From Thiotrichales bacterium (GTDB lineage: Bacteria; Pseudomonadota; Gammaproteobacteria; UWMA-0217), in assembly GCA_050329935.1 (NCBI GenBank), contig JBHJOI010000079.1, positions 5,277 through 69,276 on the forward strand: DNA of 64,000 nt, given 5' to 3'. Shown here in pieces: positions 56,258 through 64,000 of this stretch. The translations under genes were made by a program, and so were the position numbers. The notes under the pieces are model-generated. The model saw only the letters and a list, made by a program, of their open reading frames with translations. It ran no database searches and had not been told where the DNA came from. Each line of letters starts with the position of its first letter. Position 1 is the first letter of the stretch.

Positions 56258-56595
56258 TGACGAGATACGACTCATGGCGCAATTTACGCCGCTGGTCGGA
56301 AGCGAGTTTGAAGCAGTTCCGTCCAGCGACGATTTCTTGCCACATACGGTGGCAGTTTTTCGCCATTCTGGCCATTTTTTAATGTCTTGGGTCGCGCCGC
56401 TCGATCATTGGTAATGCCAATGGCTTGATGGCGCGATCCGTGGCGCCGATATGACATGCACCAACATGCGAGACAACGCAATCCCGTTTTGCGCTGCCAA
56501 CTCGATCAAAAAACCATGCGGCCGTTAAGCTTCGGCGTTGCAATTAGGTAGGTATCCGGTGCTAGACTCGTGGAGATTTGAACGGAGGATCATCA

Positions 56596-57243
56596 ATGGC
56601 AGTCAACGCCAAGAAAAATCAATCGGAGCCGCACAAGGGCAAGAGCCCTGTCGAATCGGTTGACTCGGACGATTACGCCCCAACTACCGTACTCGACTTA
56701 TACGTTGGGCAAGACCGCCAGATCGCACTGGCTGCGGTCGCGGCTCATTTGCGCGCGTCGGAAGCCAAGGAGGATCAGGACTACGATCAGGACTCCATTA
56801 CCGTCGAGACGCCCGCTTCATTCAGCTCCGAACGCGACGACGAGATCATTGATACCGATTCCGATCTGGACCCGACCCTCGTCGAGGAATCGTCGATCAT
56901 GACCGAGCTTGCCTTCAACAAGCAAGCGTTTCTGCGGTATCAGGAGGTGAAAGCCCATATCAAGAGTTTCGAGCGGTACATCGGCAAGGACCATGAGGTT
57001 GGGATCAACTTCAAGCATTATTTCGAGTACGCGCAATCCCGCCTGCGGGTCGTCGCTGTTTATGCCTCCGGCTCCGTGAGCTTTCTTGGTCAGAACGACG
57101 AAGGGCAAATGGTGAATTATTTTGACCACATCGACGACGTCTGCTTTACGCTGGTTCAGCTACCGCGCGTCGACGCCGAATTGCCGCGCCGCGACATCGT
57201 TTTTTGCTATACCTCGGACGGCAAGCTGGAGCATCTTGAGTAA
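56596..57243 (+). CDS. Hypothetical acidic protein
   Basis: 215 aa from the ATG at 56596, with GGAGGA 6 nt upstream. The N-terminal half is Asp/Glu/Ser-rich and looks disordered. The C-terminal ~110 aa look folded. I recognise no family. Confidence 0.55.
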   Translation: MAVNAKKNQSEPHKGKSPVESVDSDDYAPTTVLDLYVGQDRQIALAAVAAHLRASEAKEDQDYDQDSITVETPASFSSERDDEIIDTDSDLDPTLVEESSIMTELAFNKQAFLRYQEVKAHIKSFERYIGKDHEVGINFKHYFEYAQSRLRVVAVYASGSVSFLGQNDEGQMVNYFDHIDDVCFTLVQLPRVDAELPRRDIVFCYTSDGKLEHLE

Positions 57244-57264
57244 CGCGCCTCGGTCGAGAATCCT

Positions 57265-59727
57265 CTAGCCCTTACGAAACAGCGCTGGCGGCGACACGCG
57301 TAACAGGCCTTGCAACATTAGTACGCTCCCCAGGCCGAGCAAGATCCAGGCACCCGCGATGCCGATCGCCAGCGTCGCCCACTGAATAGGGTAGTCCATT
57401 CCGAACAGCTGCCGAATCAGCAGTGTCGTCGCGAGTTCCGCGACCAGTCCGGCCACCGCACCCGCGACCATGCCGATCGTCAGAAATTCCAGCCATAGCC
57501 GCTGCCGCAATTGACGAGCGGTCGCCCCGAGCGCCTTAAGCAGCGCGATCTCTCGGGTTCGCTCCTCGCGCTGAGCCAACAGCAGCGTAAGCAGCACCGA
57601 AAGCGCGACGCCCAGAACCAGAGTAAACACGAGAATTAGCACTTGGGACGCGAGGTCGAGCACGCGCCTGACTTGTTGCAGAATCGCGCGCACATCCAGC
57701 ACCGTCACCGAAGGAAAGGCCTGCACCATGCGTGCGATCAGCCCTGAGCGTTCGGAGCTGATGTGCAAACTGGTGATGGCGGTACGCGGCAACTGCTCCA
57801 GGCGTTGCTGGGTAAGAAAAACGAAAAAGTTCGGCCGGACGCTCTCCCAGCGCACCGTGCGCAGACTCATGATCGACTCGGTGATCAGGGTACCCCCGAC
57901 ATCGAACGTGAGCGTGTCACCCAACGCAAGGCCGAGCGTTTTCGCGATCCCCTGCTCCACCGATAGGCCTTCGGCTTGATCGGTCGCGAACCACTCGCCC
58001 GCGACGATTCTGTTGTCGTCGGGTAGAACTCGCGCCGCCGACAGATTGAACTCGCGATCGACCAGACGTTGCGCGCGCGGATGATCGAATTGTTCGGGCA
58101 CGATCGGACGTCCGTTATGCTCGATCAAGCGCCCTCGCGCCATCGGATACAGGGCGACCGACGTCATCCCTTCGTCCCGCAACAGCGCCGCGACACCCGC
58201 TTCCTCGTCCGGTTGAATGTTGATCAGAAAGTGATTCGGGGCGTCGACCGGAATTTGTTGCTCCCACGCCAGGAGCAACTGGTCCTTGACCTGGGTTAGC
58301 ACCAACCCGAGGGTCAACACCGAACCCAACGTGATCGCGAGCACCAGGCCACGGCGTGGCTGATGGGTCAGCCACCGCCAACGGCCATGCTCCGGCGCAT
58401 GACGCAACGCGCCAATCAACCCGGCCGCCGCAGCCCATTGCAGCAGCAACAATGCGGACAGAACCAGCACGCCCACGAGACTCAAGCGTGGATTTCCGGT
58501 CTGAATGACGACCAAAACGGCAAGTAGCGGAAATGCCAACGCAACCCACCAGAGGGTACGCGGCTCGGCGCTGAGGTGTTCATCGCGCAATGCCCGGGCA
58601 GGTGGGGTATTGATCAGCTTCCAGACCTGCGGCCCCGAGAACAACGCGAGGAGCACCGCGATCCAGGCCAGACTGAGCAGCACCGGGCGCGCTTGTGGCG
58701 GCGCCAACGGAAAATCGGCGACCGAGGTCACCCAATTGGCGAGTAGAACCTGTATCCCCAAACCGATCACGCCGCCGACCGCTCCAGCGACCAAACCATA
58801 GCCCAGTACCTGCGTCCCAAACCGCGCCAGTAGCTGCGAGCGACGACTCCCCAGCGCCCGCAGCACCGCCGCCGCGACGACCTGTTCGCGTACGAAAAGA
58901 CGCATCGCGAGGAACATGGCCACCCCGGCGAACGCCGCGGTCAGTAAACCCGCGAGTCCCAGATACTTCTGAATGTTATCGAGCGGTGCGCTGAGCTCCT
59001 TGCGCGCTTCACTCGGGACGACCAGTTTCTCGGCCGCCGTCAAGCGCGACTCGATTCGCGCGCGAAGTGTTCGAATCGAATCCGGCGCCCCCGCGAACAT
59101 CAACCTGTAGTTGACACGACTGGCGGGGCCGACCAGATCGGTCGCTGGCAGGTCGGCGAGCGCCACCATCACCCGCGGTGCGAATTGCAACACGTCAACG
59201 CCACCATCGGGTTCGAAATCGACGATGCGCGCCAACAAGAATTCGGACCTGCCAAGCAAAATGCGGTCGCCGATCGCCAAACCCGTGCGCTGCAATACCG
59301 CGGCGTCGACCCAGGCTTCGCCGCGCGCCGGACCGGACTCCGTGGGCCGAGGCGCGACATCCATCGCCGACCGAATCTCTAGCGATCCACGTAACGGATA
59401 GCGCTCGCTGACCGCCTTGACCTGAACCAGCAACGTCGATTCGCCGTGCAACACGACACTTGAAAACAGAACCACCCCGGCGGCGGCCACATTAAGTTCA
59501 GCGGCAATATGTTCGTAATCGAGCGCGGGCACGCGCGGACTCTCCACCACGAGGTCGGCGCCCAGCAGCGTCGAGGCTTGGCGCTCGATGCCCTCGACCA
59601 ATCGCGCGGAGAACACATTAACCGCGGTCAACGACGCCATCGCGAGCATCACCGCGAGCAGCCACAACCGAATCGGCATGAGCCGGAGATCACGCCACCC
59701 CAGGCGCAACAGCGATTGGAAGGTCAT
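57265..59727 (-). CDS. ybbP: ABC transporter permease, FtsX-like, YbbP family (10 TM, duplicated)
   Basis: 820 aa with two FtsX-type modules. The ATG overlaps the ATPase stop as ATGA. tesA-ybbA-ybbP synteny. Confidence 0.85.
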   Translation of the reverse strand: MTFQSLLRLGWRDLRLMPIRLWLLAVMLAMASLTAVNVFSARLVEGIERQASTLLGADLVVESPRVPALDYEHIAAELNVAAAGVVLFSSVVLHGESTLLVQVKAVSERYPLRGSLEIRSAMDVAPRPTESGPARGEAWVDAAVLQRTGLAIGDRILLGRSEFLLARIVDFEPDGGVDVLQFAPRVMVALADLPATDLVGPASRVNYRLMFAGAPDSIRTLRARIESRLTAAEKLVVPSEARKELSAPLDNIQKYLGLAGLLTAAFAGVAMFLAMRLFVREQVVAAAVLRALGSRRSQLLARFGTQVLGYGLVAGAVGGVIGLGIQVLLANWVTSVADFPLAPPQARPVLLSLAWIAVLLALFSGPQVWKLINTPPARALRDEHLSAEPRTLWWVALAFPLLAVLVVIQTGNPRLSLVGVLVLSALLLLQWAAAAGLIGALRHAPEHGRWRWLTHQPRRGLVLAITLGSVLTLGLVLTQVKDQLLLAWEQQIPVDAPNHFLINIQPDEEAGVAALLRDEGMTSVALYPMARGRLIEHNGRPIVPEQFDHPRAQRLVDREFNLSAARVLPDDNRIVAGEWFATDQAEGLSVEQGIAKTLGLALGDTLTFDVGGTLITESIMSLRTVRWESVRPNFFVFLTQQRLEQLPRTAITSLHISSERSGLIARMVQAFPSVTVLDVRAILQQVRRVLDLASQVLILVFTLVLGVALSVLLTLLLAQREERTREIALLKALGATARQLRQRLWLEFLTIGMVAGAVAGLVAELATTLLIRQLFGMDYPIQWATLAIGIAGAWILLGLGSVLMLQGLLRVSPPALFRKG

Positions 59728-60437
59728 TCCACGCCCACCAATCGACCTTGTCGTAAAACGTAACGGAGATCGCATCGCTCGGCCAGACGCGAATCGTGCG
59801 TCACCACCACCAGGGTAGTCCGACGCGCCTCACGCAACTCGAACATCAGGTCCATGATCCTGGCGCCGGTCGCCGCGTCGAGATTGCCCGTCGGCTCATC
59901 CGCGAACAACAGGCGGGGATCGGTCACGAACGCGCGCGCCAACGCGACTCGCTGCTGTTCGCCACCCGAAAGCTGGGCCGGGAAATGCCCGAGCCGCTGC
60001 CCAAGCCCTACGCGCGTCAAGGCCTCTCGGGCCTTTGCGACCACACCGCGCGCGCTTCCATTCAGTTCCAGCGGCAACGCGACATTCTCGACGGCGGTCA
60101 TGCCACGCATCAGATGAAACGATTGAAACACGAAGCCCACCTGCCCAACGCGAATTCGCGCCCGATCATCCTCACCGAGTTGGGAGAGTGCCGTGCCGAA
60201 CATTTCGACCTCGCCCCCGGTCGGTCGCTCGAACCCCGCCAATTGACTCAGCAAGGTCGTCTTGCCCGATCCGGACTCACCCATAATCGCAATGGCGCTG
60301 CCCGCCTCGACCTCAAGATCGACACCATCCAACAAGGTCAACTGGCTTTGATCCGACAACCGAACGCCATAGCGCAACTGGCGGGCAGCGAGCACTGGGT
60401 ATTTGCCGTTCGCCACGGCTTGGCTTAAGTTCGTCAT
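59724..60437 (-). CDS. ybbA: ABC transporter ATP-binding protein (YbbA-like)
   Basis: Walker [12 protein letters not shown], signature [14 protein letters not shown] and Walker [16 protein letters not shown] at 60437. Confidence 0.9.
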   Translation of the reverse strand: MTNLSQAVANGKYPVLAARQLRYGVRLSDQSQLTLLDGVDLEVEAGSAIAIMGESGSGKTTLLSQLAGFERPTGGEVEMFGTALSQLGEDDRARIRVGQVGFVFQSFHLMRGMTAVENVALPLELNGSARGVVAKAREALTRVGLGQRLGHFPAQLSGGEQQRVALARAFVTDPRLLFADEPTGNLDAATGARIMDLMFELREARRTTLVVVTHDSRLAERCDLRYVLRQGRLVGVE

Positions 60438-60465
60438 GGTCGCGGATTGTTGCAGAGTCATCACA

Positions 60466-61107
60466 ATGAAGAAACTTGCACAGGTTTTCGCTGGGGTATG
60501 GTTGCTTTGCGCTCCAATACTCTTGCTGGCGGATGCCACACGCTCGGCCACGCTGCTGGTCTGGGGCGACAGCCTCAGCTCCGCTTATGGTTTCGGGCGT
60601 GAGCAGGGCTGGGTCGCGCTACTCGAGGAGCGCCTGGCCGAACACGACATCACAGTCGTGAACGGCAGCATCAGCGGCGAGACCACACAAGGGGGTGCCT
60701 CACGCCTACCCGCGGCACTGGCGAAGCACCGTCCGAACTGGGTCATTCTCGAACTCGGCGGCAACGATGGACTTCGGGCGACACCGACCTGGCAGATCGA
60801 AAAAAACCTGACGCGAATGATCGAGCTTAGTCAGGATCAAGACGCCGAGGTATTGCTGCTTGGCATGCGGATCCCGCCGAACTACGGACCTGCCTACGCC
60901 GATGCGTTCGCCGCGCTTTACCCGCGTGTCGCCAAGAAGTCGGGCACATCGCTGGTACCGTTCTTTCTCGAACAGGTCGCGACCGACCCTAGTCTGATGC
61001 AGTCGGACGGCATCCACCCGACCGCGACCGCGCAACCCTACCTGCTCGACAACGTTTGGCCCTTCTTGGCCAAACTGCTGTCGGCAACCGCGACCGCAGG
61101 TAGGTGA
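60466..61107 (+). CDS. tesA: SGNH/GDSL arylesterase / acyl-CoA thioesterase I
   Basis: Signal peptide, LLVWGDSLSSAYG (GDSL), ELGGNDGLR and DGIHP blocks. Divergent from ybbA as in enterobacteria. Confidence 0.9.
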   Translation: MKKLAQVFAGVWLLCAPILLLADATRSATLLVWGDSLSSAYGFGREQGWVALLEERLAEHDITVVNGSISGETTQGGASRLPAALAKHRPNWVILELGGNDGLRATPTWQIEKNLTRMIELSQDQDAEVLLLGMRIPPNYGPAYADAFAALYPRVAKKSGTSLVPFFLEQVATDPSLMQSDGIHPTATAQPYLLDNVWPFLAKLLSATATAGR

Positions 61108-61778
61108 TCCAGCAATTCGCGCACGTGGGCAACGATTAACTGCGGTTGCGGACTACCCCGCCAGCCGCTCGGATCTCCGGTCACCCAAACTGCTCGCGCG
61201 CCGGCCGCGAGCGCACCCGCGACATCATGCTCCGCGTCATCACCGACGTGCAGCAACTGTGCGATCGGAATGCCCGCGCACCGACTCGCCGCTGCAAAAA
61301 TCTCGCGATTCGGCTTCGCCGCGCCCGCCTGCGCGGAGGTGACCACGAAATCGAACAGGTGAGCAATCCCAATACGCTCCACGCTGGCATTGCCGTTGGT
61401 AATCGCGCCGATGGCGTAATGCGCGCCGAGTTGCTCGAGGGTTTGCTCCACATGGTCGTAAATCTGGACCTCGTTGCGCGCCTCCCAGTAAACCTGGAAG
61501 CCCTCGTCGACGCGGAAGTTAGCGGTCTCGGTCGCGCGCGCCAGCTTTTCCAGCCATGCCTTGCGCAACCGGGTCAGATCATGCCGCATGGCCGGGTGCT
61601 CACGCATGAACGCGAGTCGGTGCGCGAACAGATCCGCTGGCGTCTTTCGTTGCGTGATATGCGGGTAATGCAACTCAAGCCACTGATAGAACACGGCTTC
61701 CGCGTGCCTGATTGTCGGCGCGATATCCCACAACGTATCGTCCAGATCGAAGGTGATGCATTGAACGTCGTGAAACAT
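61038..61778 (-). CDS. HAD-superfamily hydrolase (subfamily IA-like)
   Basis: ITFDLDDTLWD motif I, ITNG motif II and HVGDDAEHDV motif IV. Confidence 0.8.
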   Translation of the reverse strand: MFHDVQCITFDLDDTLWDIAPTIRHAEAVFYQWLELHYPHITQRKTPADLFAHRLAFMREHPAMRHDLTRLRKAWLEKLARATETANFRVDEGFQVYWEARNEVQIYDHVEQTLEQLGAHYAIGAITNGNASVERIGIAHLFDFVVTSAQAGAAKPNREIFAAASRCAGIPIAQLLHVGDDAEHDVAGALAAGARAVWVTGDPSGWRGSPQPQLIVAHVRELLDHLPAVAVADSSLAKKGQTLSSR

Positions 61779-61867
61779 ACCTGAGCTCGCGTCGATCGAC
61801 AGAAGCGTTCATTCTACCCGATGCGCGACGGCGGACTTGAATTCGACCGCCGCGCCAAGGCGCGTCG

Positions 61868-62302
61868 TTAGCGTTCGCGGTTGCCGATGACCGTCACGGT
61901 CACCCGCCGCGGGTGCGGGTGGTGACGATGCTCCCACAGGTAGACACCTTGCCAGGCCCCCAACGCACACCGTCCGCCGCTCACCGGCAAAGCCAGGCCG
62001 GAACCAGTCAAAATGCTGCGTACGTGCGCCGGCATGTCATCCGGACCTTCGTCGCGGTGACGAAAGCGCGCGTCACCGTCCGGAACCAGATTGCGCATGA
62101 AGGTTTCCAAATCGTGTCGCACGTCCGGATCGGCGTTTTCGCACAACATCAACGAAGCACTGGTGTGATGCACGAAAACCTGCGCCAATCCGACTACCAC
62201 TTCGGCGGCCGCGACGATGCGCTGAACCTGGCCGGTAATGTCGTAACTCGCGCGACCGCGCGTTTCGACAATGACGCTATCCTGATGTAAAAACAAACTC
62301 AT
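61868..62302 (-). CDS. yjbQ: YjbQ/UPF0047 family protein (secondary thiamine-phosphate synthase-like)
   Basis: ..VFVHHTSASLMLCENADPDVRHDL.. and ..GAWQGVYLWEHR.., characteristic of the family. Confidence 0.85.
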   Translation of the reverse strand: MSLFLHQDSVIVETRGRASYDITGQVQRIVAAAEVVVGLAQVFVHHTSASLMLCENADPDVRHDLETFMRNLVPDGDARFRHRDEGPDDMPAHVRSILTGSGLALPVSGGRCALGAWQGVYLWEHRHHPHPRRVTVTVIGNRER

Positions 62303-62423
62303 AGCCTACAGTCTCGGGTCTCAGGGACGGCGAGTACGCACGTCCAGTGTCGGTCACGCAGTCTGGGCCGCTCAGCGTGAATGATATACTGTCGCAATTT
62401 CAACCATCGTTCGACTATAAGGC

Positions 62424-63659
62424 ATGACTGCAGTGTCGCAAACTTCCCCTCGGCGAGGTTCCCGTCCCGTTCGCATTGGTAACGTCACCCTCGGCGGCGA
62501 CTCGCCGATCGTGGTGCAATCGATGACCAATACCGACACCGGCGACGTGGACCAGACCGTAGCCCAGGTGGCCGAGCTCGCACGCGCGGGCTCCGAGCTG
62601 GTGCGCATCACGGTCAACAACGAAGCCGCGGCCGCGGCGGTGCCCCGGATCCGCGAACAGCTCCTGCGGCAGAACGTGGACGTCCCGTTGATCGGTGATT
62701 TTCATTTCAACGGCCACAAACTGCTCGCGGCGCACCCAGCCTGCGCGGAAGCCCTTGCGAAATTCCGCATCAACCCCGGCAACGTCGGACTTGGCAGCAA
62801 GCGCGACGAGCAGTATGCGCAGATGATCGAATTCGCGTGCCGTTACAACAAGCCGGTACGCATCGGGGTTAATTGGGGATCACTCGACCAGGACATGCTG
62901 GCTCGCTGCCTCGACGATAACGCGCGATCCCCGCGGCCCAAGAGCCTCACCGAAGTCACTCACGAAGCCTTGATCGAGTCGGCTTTGAGTAGCGCCGAAC
63001 GCGCGGTCGCGTTGGGTCTTCCGCGTGACCAAATCGTGTTGTCGTGCAAAATGAGCGGTGTGCAAGACCTGATCAGCGTCTACACCGACCTTGCCGCGCG
63101 CTGCGATTTCGCGTTGCATCTCGGCCTGACCGAAGCCGGCATGGGCAGTAAAGGCATCGTCGCCTCGACCGCGGCCCTCTCAGTGCTGCTGCAACGCGGG
63201 ATCGGCGATACCATACGGATCTCCCTCACCCCGGAACCGGGCGGCTCGCGAACTCAGGAAGTCATCGTCGCGCAAGAGATTCTGCAAACGATGGGGCTAC
63301 GCTCATTCACTCCCATGGTGATCGCCTGCCCCGGCTGCGGTCGAACGAGTTCCGACTATTTTCAGCGTCTCGCGGAGGACATTCAAAGCTACCTACGACA
63401 GTCGATGCCGACCTGGCGGGCACACTATCCCGGCGTCGAGACTATGACTGTCGCGGTCATGGGCTGCGTAGTGAATGGTCCCGGCGAGAGCAAGCACGCC
63501 AATATCGGAATCAGCTTGCCGGGCACGGGCGAACGTCCGGTCGCGCCGGTTTACATCGATGGCAAGAAAGACGTGACCTTGAAGGGCGACCATATCGCCG
63601 CCGAGTTTCAGGCCCTGGTCGAAAATTACGTACGCACGCACTACGGTACGCAAGCCTAG
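62424..63659 (+). CDS. ispG: 4-hydroxy-3-methylbut-2-en-1-yl diphosphate synthase
   Basis: [18 protein letters not shown].. and ACPGCGRT with [10 protein letters not shown] [4Fe-4S] ligand motifs. Confidence 0.95.
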   Translation: MTAVSQTSPRRGSRPVRIGNVTLGGDSPIVVQSMTNTDTGDVDQTVAQVAELARAGSELVRITVNNEAAAAAVPRIREQLLRQNVDVPLIGDFHFNGHKLLAAHPACAEALAKFRINPGNVGLGSKRDEQYAQMIEFACRYNKPVRIGVNWGSLDQDMLARCLDDNARSPRPKSLTEVTHEALIESALSSAERAVALGLPRDQIVLSCKMSGVQDLISVYTDLAARCDFALHLGLTEAGMGSKGIVASTAALSVLLQRGIGDTIRISLTPEPGGSRTQEVIVAQEILQTMGLRSFTPMVIACPGCGRTSSDYFQRLAEDIQSYLRQSMPTWRAHYPGVETMTVAVMGCVVNGPGESKHANIGISLPGTGERPVAPVYIDGKKDVTLKGDHIAAEFQALVENYVRTHYGTQA

Positions 63660-63720
63660 GCGCCTCTGGCGCCCGCGTTCGACGCGGACGCTCACCTATA
63701 ACAGCGAAAAAGTCTCGGTC

Positions 63721-63752
63721 GATGAGTCCGCGCCCGAGCGCGCGGACTCATC
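63721..63752. terminator. 13-bp perfect hairpin between convergent ispG and sat
   Basis: GATGAGTCCGCGC-CCGA(loop)-GCGCGGACTCATC. A T5 run follows on the minus strand about 9 nt away. No T-run on the plus strand. Confidence 0.45.
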
Positions 63753-63764
63753 AGGACGTGGAGA

Positions 63765-64000
63765 CTAGCCGTCGATGCTCTGATAGTAGTCCATCAGAAT
63801 CTTGGCCACTTCGGGGCGTGAGAATTCCGGCGGCGGCGCTTCGCCGCGACCGAGCATCTCGCGAACCTTGGTACCGGACAGCGCGATGAAGTCCTCCTTG
63901 GTGTGACCCGGCGCCTCGCGCATCATCACCACGCGACCGAGCTTTTTCGACCACGCGGTGTTGTCCGCCATGAACATCTCGATCAGAAGCGCGCCTTTCG
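63765..64000 (-). CDS. sat: Sulfate adenylyltransferase (ATP sulfurylase), C-terminal fragment; the gene runs off the window
   Basis: ..[41 protein letters not shown].. matches the conserved Sat C-terminus. The reading frame stays open to position 64000. Confidence 0.7.
   Translation of the reverse strand, partial: KGALLIEMFMADNTAWSKKLGRVVMMREAPGHTKEDFIALSGTKVREMLGRGEAPPPEFSRPEVAKILMDYYQSIDG

Noticed and set aside
45689-57243. Calling the che island a mobile element or integrative island.
   Set aside because: I see no integrase, transposase, conjugation genes or flanking direct repeats. Only the composition and the position next to ffs suggest acquisition, so it is reported as a finding and not annotated as a mobile_element.

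Overview
High-GC chromosomal segment, roughly 58-70% G+C in hand-counted 60-nt lines. Gene content looks gammaproteobacterial; a partial ATP sulfurylase gene at the right edge hints at a sulfur-oxidiser, but I cannot assign a species. I support 65 CDSs, one ncRNA (4.5S/SRP RNA), six copies of an interspersed repeat, two sigma-54 promoters, one enhancer-like palindrome cluster and one terminator hairpin.

Layout:
- 0.2-5.4 kb: a pterin-synthase-like gene translationally coupled to a glycosyltransferase, with an MDR dehydrogenase and a divergent CDP-alcohol phosphatidyltransferase. An SPFH/NfeD pair is nested inside this cluster.
- 5.4-24 kb: mixed housekeeping and DUF genes (YceI, sulfatase-like membrane protein, FkbM methyltransferase, Pat-type acetyltransferase, PQQ sugar dehydrogenase, orphan GspE-type ATPase, cpdA, ung, pdxH, sprT, slyD).
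- 24.4-26.2 kb: fabA-fabB.
- 26.3-34.8 kb: a PedH/ExaA-type PQQ alcohol dehydrogenase operon carrying the uncharacterised quinoprotein-relay genes (SoxYZ-like carrier, MBL hydrolase, CXXCW rhodanese-like protein). It has its own sigma-54 promoter, a palindromic enhancer and an AcoR-type activator.
- 35-45.6 kb: housekeeping genes (two M48 peptidases, CHAD, orn, rsgA, HIT, recR, ybaB, dnaX, ffs).
- 45.7-57.2 kb: a visibly lower-GC (about 45-53%) complete chemosensory cluster. On the minus strand it reads cheY-cheA-cheW-MCP-STAS-unknown-cheR-cheD-cheB-cheY-cheX-like, behind a strong sigma-54 promoter.
- 57.3-64 kb: ybbP/ybbA-tesA, HAD, yjbQ, ispG, sat (partial).

Most interesting for follow-up:
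- The chemosensory island and its unassigned accessory proteins: a STAS protein, and a 180-aa protein with a CheZ-like F-x-D-x3-Q motif and the same IELF C-terminus as CheD.
- The translationally coupled SoxYZ-like/MBL/CXXCW trio.
- A co-oriented ~145-bp structured repeat family.

All family assignments come from motif recognition by eye; no searches were run. Start codons are often ambiguous, and the ORF track translates some non-ATG starts as M.
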